NCBI RefSeq assembly: GCF_002113885.1 | Contig: NW_018403833.1 | Coordinates: 124,001 to 188,000 of the forward strand | Reading direction: 5' to 3' | Length of the DNA stretch: 64,000 bases | DNA from: Mizuhopecten yessoensis | Taxonomy: Eukaryota | In this document: one piece after another, positions 40,698 to 52,100 of the stretch | Layout: each line of letters starts with the position of its first letter | How positions within the stretch are numbered: position 1 is the stretch's first letter | Position numbers and translations under genes: made by a program | The notes under the pieces: model-generated | What the model was told of the DNA's origin: nothing | The model's database searches: none | The model's input: only the letters and a program-made list of their open reading frames with translations

Positions 40698-42149
40698 ACG
40701 AAATTCATTATATCTTCAGGTTGCTGATAACCCGATCAGATTTATTTTCGACACGTGACATGTGTAATGTCACTCCTTGTGACGTAAGAGGAAACAATAC
40801 AATGACATCACAACGTCATAGTGAAGGCAGCACTGGTGTTTTCCTTTGATTTTATTGGTCTGAATATTCTGAAAATATGTAATTTAACCTGATTGTATTG
40901 AGCATTTAACCAAATAGAATCTCAAAATTACTCTGAAAAATGTTGAAACACGTGTTCGAAAAATGACATGCAATGGGAATACTTTTGAGATGATTTCCTT
41001 TGATAATATATCTTACTTGAGCTCATTACGGCATTCTGCTGTTGACTGCTCTGTATTTTGACCCAACAATCACATATTATTGGTGCATATTTCAACCAAA
41101 GACATTTTGGTCTGCAACGTTTATACACAAAAAAAAAAAAAAAATTGATTATATTATTAAAATGCAGCAATGTTGTTGGATAAGAAAAATAATTCTTGAA
41201 ATTAAAAAAATAAAGAAATATTTCTTAGCTGATAATCTAAAAAACTGAAATCAGCAAGTTCAAGGGCAATTAAACGTTATACATACATTTATTAAAACAA
41301 CTTATCAAACTGTGTTTGCAGTGCTTTCATGATTAGCGGGTCCAACGTGTTTCTGACGGTCTTAATTTGCGTGGATTTAATACTACGGGAATGTTCGCGA
41401 GTTCTTATTTTCACGTATGTTCAAATAATAATATTAGTGTGTGCTTCAAATGTTATAATTCACGCATTTCTGTTAATTTCCGAAAAAAACACGTTTTTCG
41501 CGGAAAACCTCCTATTGTAATATCGATAAAATTAAAGCCACACAAAAAATAAACAATTTTACAGTATCATATTAGTTTATAAAGTTCCCGAACGTGCAGG
41601 GAACATTTGATTTGAAGTGAAACATTAACTTAATAACATTGAAATAAATATAAGGTTTATATGTATACACACGCCAATATAGATATATTAGTTATAAAGA
41701 AGTTTGTTTGCTAGCAAATACATGTACGTTGAATTTTAAGAAGAATAGAGGCAATCATTAAATTAACTAGCATTGATTTGTCGGTACAATAGGCTTTGAT
41801 TTAGGAGAAGATAATATAATTATCAGCTGATTTAATCATTACTACCCGCCTGGCATATTATACACACCGAAGTAGTCTTCCGTAGGGTCGGATAGAATAC
41901 ACTTAGAAGGCATTCTGTCGAAATGTACCTGTGTGGGACTACCAGTCTAAAATCTACGTACATATCCGTGTGGTAACATTCTAATTACATGTAATTATAA
42001 AATTACTAGACTGAACTCTCAAGCGAATGTTTAATTGTAAAATAAACACGATTTGTGACTCAACATCTGCTTCTTCTTCAGAACAACATGTGCGCACACT
42101 ATTCTGTATTTGTTCCGTATGTATATAAGACCTTTCCTTCGTCACAGTG

Positions 42150-45100
42150 ATGGATTTTGTAATGTTTAGGACATGTTTTATGCTCCTGGTGACATTTACT
42201 GTACTTTTTGTGTTCACCATGCTCCTCACCGTCCGTCATGATGGATTTATTCGGGTGGGGCCTCTCAAGATTCGGTTATCTACAAGTACAGGTAAGACAA
42301 TCGTGTGTTTGTGTGTATTGTTATAAATCTACCGATATCAGTTATCTGTATTCTTTTAGCTGTAAAGCGCCTTGATGTAAATGATTTCGAATTATACAAA
42401 GTGTATCATACACACTATGCCTATCATTAGTGTCTGTTATACAACATAAAACGCTTTATGACATGATTACCGTATAACTCAAGAAATGCAAGCATATCAT
42501 GTATTTGCTTATAAAATATGACAAAGTGTGACGTCATTAAATGATAAATAAAATAATGTCCACATTAAAGCATGACGTCACAATGGAGACAATGGTAAAA
42601 GTGTCAAAACCGGAAAACTTTACTTAAGAAAATGACAAAAAAAATGTGTTTTTGCAAATTTCAAAAAATGAAAAATTATCTTGTATAAATTTCCACTTTA
42701 AATAGAAAATGATTAAATGATTACGTTCCTGAAGGAGACGGAGATTTGTATATATTCATGGGTTAGAGGAGCTTCAGTTATTAAACTGGGCGTTGAGAGA
42801 ATCTCGAGACAGAGATTTTCTTTCTTTTTCATTTTTTGCTTTGTAGTAGCAACTGGAGATTGAGAGTATGTGGAGGGGGAAGGATGTTAACTGGAGTCCT
42901 AGTTTGAGTTAGGGTTAAGAAGATTTATTCTCATGCGAAAATTACTGGAGTATTTTGTTACTTCCTTTTTGTTAGGATTTTTTTACTCATGTTTGGGTGT
43001 TGGAGGGTGCAATTGGAAATCGGCCTTACGTAGGGGATAGGAGTCGGGGTTCCGATGACTTTCTTTCGGTGATGCATTTCTTTTGTTTTCCATTTCCTGT
43101 TTTTCGTGGCGAGAAAGTTTTTATTTGATATATTGAAATATTTGAGTTTACTTTTACAGAAACATACAAAGTTAAATTACGTAATACAAGTGTGCCCGTC
43201 CTCATCTTTACCTACATGCGAAGTGGTTCTACACTGACAGGCGACATCCTTCAGCATCACCCAGGCAGCTTTTACGTGTTCGAACCACTGCGTTACATAG
43301 ACGAAGATATCGACAAGGCTCGAACTGTGCGCTTTTATAACGGCACCACAAGGTACTTGTAAGTCATATAAATCACTCTCACTTCCTTAAAATCCTGTTC
43401 ACACATAGTTATGTAAATTACTCTCACTTCCCTAAAACCCTGTTCACACATAGTTATGTAAATTACTCTCACTTCCCTAAAACCCTGTTTACACATAGTT
43501 ATGTAAATCACTCTCACCTCCCTAAAATCCTGTTCACACATAGTTATGTAAATTACTCTCACTTCCCTAAAACCCTGTTCACATATAGTTAAGTAAATCA
43601 CTCTCACTTCCCTAAAACCCTTTTCACACATAGTTATGTAAATCACTCTCACTTCCCTAAAACCCTGTTCGCATATAGTTATGTAAATCACTCTCACTTC
43701 CCTAAAACCCTGTTCACACATAGTTATGTAAATTACTCTCACTTCCCTAAACCCCTGTTCACATATAGTTAAGTAAATCACTCTCACTTCCCTAAAACCC
43801 TTTTCACACAAAGTTATGTAAATCACTCTCACTTTCCTAAAACCCTGTTCGCATATAGTTATGTAAATCACTCTCACTTCCCTAAAACCATGTTCACATA
43901 TAGTTATGTAAATCACTCTCACTTCCTTAAAATTCTGTTCACACATAGTTATGTAAATCACTCTCACTTCCTTAAAATCCTGTTCACATATAGTTAAGTA
44001 AATCACTCTCACTTCCCTAAAACCCTTTCTCACATAGTTATGTAAATCACTCTCACTTCCCTAAAACCCTGTTCGCATATAGTTATGTAAAGTCACTCTC
44101 ATTTCCCTAAAACCCTGTTCGCATATAGTTATGTAAATCACTCTCACTTCCCTAAAACCCTGTCAATATATGGTTTTATTAATCACCTTTACTTTCGTAA
44201 AATCCTTCCAATATAAAGCCATATAAATCACCTTTACTTCCTTAAAATCCTGTCTATATAAAAACCAAATTAATCAATTTTACTTCCGTAAAATCCTGTC
44301 AATATAAAGCCATATTAATCACCTTTACTTCCTTAAAATTCTGTCTATATAAAGCCTTATTTATCATCTTTACTTCCGTAAAATCCTGTCTATATAAAGC
44401 CATATTAATCACATTTACTTCCTTAAAATCCTGTTTATATAAAGCCATATTTATCATTTATCACTATCACTTCCTAAAGATCCTGACAAAATAAATAGTC
44501 ATAATAATCACTCAAACATCCGTAAAATTCTTTCAATATACAGTTATAGGAATCACTCTCAATTCCTATAAATAAATCATCTCATTATATAGCCATATTA
44601 ATTACTCACACATCCTTATAATCCTTTTGATATATAGTTATATCAAACCCTCCCACTTCCTTCAAATCCTGTCAATATATATTTATATTAATTAATCTCA
44701 CTTCCTTCAAATCCTCTCAACATATATAACATACATTGGTATATACTATAGGGTTATTAGTTAGCTAATGCATATTGGACCAGTTATTAGGCCAAGGTCT
44801 GTCATATTGGCCCAAGGCCGCAGGCCGAGGGCCAATGTGACAGACCGAGGCCTAATAACTTTGCCAATATGGAATTAGCTGATTAATGACACTTTTATTA
44901 ATTTACTACTTGTATATACTTGGCAATAATCTTAAATTAACAAAAACTAAAGTGATTAAATTCAACAAATTTAATAACAATTAATTTAAAATATTGTTCA
45001 GCTGTTTTTTCTTGTGAACTATACTCGGACTGACTGTACTTCGCTTTTTTCTGGGGAGGCATTACATTGATATTTATGGTACCTCCTGATATATTTGCAC

Positions 45101-47516
45101 CACTTACAGGGAAAAGGGCAGACAATCTTGTAGTTCAGAATTCACCATTGAGTATGTACTACTAATATATCATGAAGCAATGTTTGGCTTAACTCGCTAA
45201 ACACTTCCTATCTAGTAATGTCATGCATTAAACTGCTAACATGTCATCGCCGATAAGTCTAGAAATATTCAGAATAATATGGCGTGCATTCGATTGGCGT
45301 GTTATCAATATTGGCCCAGTTTATCCCGTATTGGCCCAGTTCTTCGATATTGGCCCAGTTTATCCCATATTGGCCCAGTTTGTTATGATATTGATTGGTC
45401 AGTTTTCTCATATTATTGTCAATGCGCAAGTAGTTAATTAATAATAAATATTACAAATAACTTCATCTATGTATATCAGACTGCTATTTGATTGATGTTT
45501 GGAATAAAATGGCGTTGGGATACGTTTTCTCTACCTGTTTGGCATGGGAGAATGAAAAATGAATTACCTGGCAATATTTCACGAATTGATTTTTTTTTTT
45601 AATTTTCAACTACATATGAATTTCTGACCTATTCAGGATCATCACTAGTAAGTCAAATTCTACAGAAAAGTATTATATATATATATATATTTGCACTAAG
45701 CTTGAGCCAGCTGAGGTAACATACAACGGTAGTGAAGACAACATGCAAGTGAACTGTTTTATACTATTTATGCTCGTACGATTAAGTAAAAGTATTGTTG
45801 CTCTGTACTTACTCCACACGTCGGAGTAAACCCTTGGTCACCTTTTTTAAATGGACATGTCCGAAATCATTACAGAAAATCTGATGGTTATCCAACGCTT
45901 AAAAGTCAGTCTCTATATAAGGGTCAATGACTTCTTTTTGTGTTTGCTTCCTGCTTTCATTATGATTCGTCATTCAGGTTTGGTTTTCTCATGATGTATG
46001 GCTGTATAGTTTAATTCACCTTTGTACGTTATCACTTGTTACTGAAAAATCATGTTTGAATAATAATTTAAGATCATGCAGTATAATCTTTCTGTTTTAA
46101 TTTTTTTTTCACTGGTCAAAGACAACAAATTATACTTAAGAAACTCACACTTATTATATCGTTTCCGTTGAAAGAAAACGATACAAACGCAAAAATAAAA
46201 AATGAAAATTAACAAATAAATCCGTTTATTTCATTGATTGGGGAAGGAGAAATAAGATGTATTAACAGATGATTTATTGTTTAACCAATAAATGGTTACA
46301 GTGTGTGATCTCTATTCAGTTTTGGGACACTAAGATCGTGGACAACGCTCCATGTTAAAACATATCTTAATTTGCCAAAGTAGGTGCCATATTTAAAAAT
46401 CAAAGATGACGCCTAATAATAGCCAGGAATCAGCAAATGAAACCATTTTGACCAACTTGATTAGCACAAAGCCGATTAATTTTGCCTCTATATATTGCTA
46501 TTTATCTTTAAAATTCAGTAAATTAAATTACACAGATTAATTCATATAGTCCGTTTATGGTAACATATTGGTTAGTTGGTTATTGGTTTTTGTCGAGACT
46601 TATTCTGATCTTTGGGTTTTACCCGCTATTCTCCAAATATGTATCATATATTGAGAGTCTTCATTTTACCTTAGCGTCTTTGTTTTAATACCACAGAGGG
46701 ATTCGCAAGCAGCAGAAAGTATGGATCCATGCTGAAATGATGTACAGATGGTTAACTTGTGACTTTCGCTTTATCAACATCAAAGACCTGACTAGCCAGT
46801 TCTTGGGATCATTCTCCTTGACATCGAAAAATTACGCCAAATGTATTCATGACAATAAAACAACAATAAGAGCCGTGAAGAGATGTATTACCTTGTTAGA
46901 AAAACCGTGTGCCAGGAGTGATTTAAGAATCGTTAAAACCATACGAATGGCCATGGAATCTGTGAATCTGTTATTACAGCGGTTACCGGACCTGAAAGTC
47001 ATATACTTGATTAGGGATCCTCGAGGAAAGCTGTCTTCTCAAATCATGGCTTATGGTCAAAACTGGGGCGCTGTCATGACGCTAGCGAAGGAAACATGTG
47101 ACAGAATGATGGTAGATACTAACATGATGAGTGAACTTAAACAAAAATATCCAGACAGAATTCGTCTTCTTTTGTACGAGACGTTAGCCAGACGACCTGT
47201 AGAGACGTCTGGTCGAATTTTTGAATACTTAAATATTAATTTTACTAATAGCATTATGCTTTCTATTCGCTCGTTAACATCGGGTGCTCCTGGTAAAAGA
47301 GATAGATGCATTTGGTGCTCGAAGCGGGGTAATTCACGAAAAATAGCATACAATTGGAGAATTAAAACGAATGTTTTGCACCTTGATTACATAGACCAGA
47401 CCTGTGCCAGTGTCTATAAAAAGGTTGGATATGTTCTTTTCAAAGACTCGCATGACTTTCGAAACTTGAACAAACCGTTGCTGGAATACTCGCCATTCAC
47501 AGAAGATGCCTTGTAG
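42150..47516 (+). CDS. Carbohydrate sulfotransferase paralog 7, ~384 aa, intact
   Basis: Exons 42150-42291 (TM CFMLLVTFTVLFVFTMLLTV), 43160-43352 (VLIFTYMRSGST, YVFEPL) and 46697-47516 (VIYLIRDPRG, CIWCSKRGNS). 1155 nt in frame. Confidence 0.9.
43365..44720. repeat. 45-bp minisatellite in paralog 7 intron 2, homogeneous to ~44160 then progressively degenerate
   Basis: Unit AATCACTCTCACTTCCCTAAAACCCTGTTCACACATAGTTATGTA. Confidence 0.95.
44745..45445 (-). mobile_element. Internally deleted hairpin element in opposite orientation (family C), possibly Crypton-like, with a coding remnant
   Basis: Hairpin at ~44753-44890 with apex GGCC-GCA-GGCC. Inverted repeat TTATTAATTTACTACTTG / CAAGTAGTTAATTAATAA. 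ATATTGGCCCAG arm copies at the far end. Minus-strand remnant LFPVSGANISGGTININV. Confidence 0.65.
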
Positions 47517-49143
47517 CTAAACATTAACATTTTTAAGACTTGATATTGTTTCTGATAAAGAGTATCAAAAATATTTCAAATTGCAATAGGATTTCCACCA
47601 AATAAAAAAGATAGAAAGTGACTTTCCGTCAAATATTTGCTGGAAGAAGAGAGAAGTTGCACTTTTTAGAGCAAATTTTTATTAATTCCATTTCTTAGTA
47701 TTTTTCATAACAACACTGATTAATACTTGTTATCAACAGGAAATTAACAAATATGAATAAACAACCTTGTATGATATATTAAACGATAAAAACGATCGGA
47801 ACCCAGGTGATGAAAGGTATTCCATTGTATTTAGATTGGTCAGCTATTGACAATATACGCCAAAGAAAATTGTAAATATGAATATAAAGCAATGTCACGT
47901 TTTTATATATTTAACTGAACTGCGTGCCTCATTTATTTAAGTTATATATTTATATATATATATATTGACATACACAATGTAGCTGATTCATACATGTAAA
48001 ACTAAACATGTCGTTAAGATGTACTTAACCTGTCATCGTGTTAGTTATTACATTATAACCGGGATTAGTGTTAAGTTTGTCGCAGTTAAGGATATAAATA
48101 CCACCTATAATATGTTATCTGTGAGTTGGTTTATAGTTAAACGCACAAATGATATAATCTACAAAACATTGTTTACTAATGAGTTGATATGCACTTTCTA
48201 ACACGTTATGCTTATTATGTTTGATAGAGTTTTCTCCCTTAAGGATATAAGACACATTATACGTTGCTCTGATATGTGTTACAGTAAGCTCCCATTATGT
48301 GTTTTAATTAATATTTTCAAATAAAACACCTATGATTTTTCAATAAATTCATTCTTCTGTGGCCTTCGAATGCCTCATCATTTAATAATTTAGTCCATGT
48401 TACCCATTTGAATGGAATCTTCCATTTTTGTCGAATCCTGCGTAGTGTATATAGTAGAGTCACAGTGATAAAAATATGATTAAAAATTAAAAATTATTAA
48501 CATTTTGAAAAATAATCATGCTTTTGATTGCTCAGTCTTCTTTTGTACAGTTAGCGAGAAAATTACGATACACACGTCGATGTTCAAACAAAAACATTGT
48601 GTGGAGTTATATTTGAAAAAACGACCATATATTTTTAAATATTTCAAACAAAGGTAAATTGATATTGAAAAACAGGATTAAGTTATGGTACACAGGACAT
48701 GACATTCACAAGAAAAACAAAGTACAAAAATATAACGGATTTCATATTCATGTTATAATCTTAAATTCTTGAAACATTTCATATATTTTACATTTTCAAC
48801 GTGTCGCAATGTAATTACAGTTTCTTCATCAACTACAGTCATTATTTACATCGTAGCCATAGCATTAATTTATGAAATATATTGATTACTTTTAGTGGCA
48901 ATACAAACATAGAACATGTATCAGTGATGGACATTAACAAATAATTCTATATAATTTACAAACAATGTATTCAACACAACAATAGGTAAAACAATTTCAA
49001 CAAATCACACAAACTTCACAGCCATTGTCAAGGCAGACGTTCAGTTAGTCCTCTTCTGTTGGATTTAAAAACTTCTCAGATTGAATTGTGTAGCATTATA
49101 TATTGGATTTATATTTGCATGTCTATTTCCTCGACACTGTTTT

Positions 49144-52100
49144 TTATGATCCATTCACGGGTGGGTTTGTCGATATTGGTGGCGGAGCGTAAGGAGAGGT
49201 ATTCATCACACTTTCGTACGAGGGAGGTGGTTTGAAACTGTCTGGATAGCTTCCGCTTGTGTTTGAATACATGACAGGGTTTCTCAAACCCTGTGCTTGT
49301 GTGGGCGCGCTATAACCTTATAAAGTAAAGAGATGCGAACATTATTACTGCACAATGACACTATGAATTTTCATTAAGGACGATCGAATTACTTTTGAAC
49401 CCTGGAAAGATAATTGATTTACATTTTGTGAACGTCTCAGATTAATATATTCTCAAAATTGCCCGACTTTCAACACAGGAATCAGTCATATATAATGAGG
49501 ATTACTACAATATAATGTCTTTGTAAATAGGTATATCAATATCAGCATTTATAGATAGCAAAATAGTCTACAATGATATGAAATAGCTACTGTTAATTAT
49601 AAAAATACAATTTACAGCCATAAGGTAACGCAAGATATCACAAAACAATTATGGTGTATGATTGTTTTTACAAAATTAAATTTTACATAGACATCAATTT
49701 TAGGTATTGTATTTCCTGTGGACGAAGCGTATGATTGATCATACAGATGAATACATAATATTACATAACCAATATATTTAATAAATATCGCTATATATTC
49801 TTTACATATTGCAACATTTATTTCCAATATCCCACTCTATCAAACAGAACTAAATAACTGATGATAATCTCGATATATTTGAAAATTGGGTGGGGACAGC
49901 AAAATGGTTTTGAAATTATGTTTTACCTATAGACAACAACAATATTAACGAAATAAGTTCAAGAATTTCCTTTCTTACATTAAGATGTCTAACTAACATC
50001 GATGTGATTTCGATTCTGATATAGTTTGGTAATGAACTGTTAGTGAACTAATCCTGAGGTGAGGGAGATATTTCTATATCCATACCAATTACAGGCAACA
50101 AGCCAGGATTTAACGACAGATTTAATTGGTTAAAAATACAATGGACCACATAAAAGTTTTTTTCACAACCATTTATCATTTTTTCATAGGGAACAATTTA
50201 TTCGTGTTTAAACGATGAAAATGTAATGACTTATTAAAAAAGTATATCTAATGTTATTATATATAAAATATGTCGTTGTTTATTCTTTAAGGGTAGCGAC
50301 TACCACAGATGTAACAAAAAAAAGGGTGTTTTCATACACAATTCTCAATTCCAATCGATAAAAGGATGTAATCAAAAATGAATTGGCATATACATAGCTA
50401 CAATGTGTCACCTGTGATAAAAGTAAAGATTACCATCTTACTAGAGATAAGATTATTGAGTGAATGTCAGAGTTCAGAACTGCAGGATAATGTCTAACCT
50501 CAAGTCATAGTATGAATGTCTTATCGTGGTAAGAGTTACAGATCATTTTCTTACCTGCGGTCAGAATTACAGATTATTGTCTTACCTGATGTCAGAATTA
50601 CAGGTGAAAGTCGTCGGGCTCTGACCCTTGAAATGAGCACTATGGCGAGTATCAGGAAAAACAAACCGCCAACACATCCGCCGACTGCGAGACCAATGGT
50701 CATTGTGTCTGTAAGTGAAATGGTACATTTTTGTAATAAACAGCACGTTTTCAATATAGAAGAAACAAATCGTTACAGGCATCAAAACGGACTGCAACAT
50801 AAGATCTGATAAGGCAGTTTGTGTTTAAAGTATTGGGAAAAACGGAGAAAGTAGACCTTTCATGGCGGGATACCCATGTCCCAAATCTTAGGATGTCTAA
50901 CATATAGTGTCATACAACAGAGAAAGAAGACTTACAGGGTGGGATACCCATTTCTCTTACCCTGGACAGATGCATCCGCACTTTTACCGGTGTGAGATTT
51001 CCTTGTCTCACCCTAGGGTTGAGACGGGGGTGGGGTCCCCTATTTATAACAATGGCATGACGTCACTTCAACAATACAATGACGTCACGTCAACAATCCA
51101 TCAACGTCACGTCAACCTTGAATTTAGCATGTAACGTTTTCGTTACATTGTGTGTATGATACACAATGGGAGAACAGGGTAAGAGAAAAGAATCATTCAC
51201 CCCCTTGTGGGTTAGACAGGGGAATCTCAACCCTCGGGAAAAGATTCTTAAGTTGCCAAACACTCGACAAAGCATCGTGTTTGGCAACTTAAGAATCTTC
51301 CCCCTCGGGTTGAGATTCTCCCATCTCACCCCAAGAGGGTGAAAGATTTTATTAGTCCCAAATCTTAGGATGTCTAACATATAGTGTCATGCAACAGAGA
51401 AAGGAGACTTACAGGGTGGGATACCCATGTCCCACATCTTAGGATGTCTAACATCTAGTGTAAAGATAGTCTCAGTTTTCCTTACATTTACTATTGAAAA
51501 TATAACATATTACTGCATGTTTGGAAATACAGAAATTAATAAAAATATGTCCTTATTTTAAAATATAGCAATTTAACAATTAATTTAATTTAGTTTAACA
51601 ATCATCATTACAATAAATGATACACACGATATCATAGTTAAAACTATGAACATACAATTTTATTGCAATATAACTTTCAATGAAAGTGCATAAGATAGCA
51701 TTAATATGATCACTTAAAATGTTCACTTTTGATAATTAACCATTATGATGACTGTAAGATACTTTTAATCAGACCGTAAGTGGGTGAAATGTTTTCACAT
51801 TTAATATATTTCACTTTAATCATTGAGTACTGTCTGTTACCACTGAAATATAACTTTTGAGGATTAATCAATGACATATGAAACAAAACGTTTTACTAGT
51901 GAAATGAAAAGCATGTCCGATTTTCTTCAATATTAGAAAATCTGTCTCACTTGTGAAATTAATACAATATGTTGTATATTGTTTTGTTTTGACGATGTGG
52001 TACTGTAATAATTTGTCCCTGTGTGTGGTTGACATGCTGTAATTTACAGTGGACTCGTGGAAGGGTTTCTTTGTTGGAAAGCTGAAAATGTATGCAAAAT

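Noticed and set aside
43335-44033. 232-aa ORF of 15-aa repeats (EQGFREVRVIYITMC)
   Set aside because: Antisense reading of a 45-bp intronic minisatellite. It is open only because the unit length is a multiple of 3.
52048-52081. Tiny candidate exon in the membrane protein gene
   Set aside because: It would need a 38-nt intron and would break the frame.
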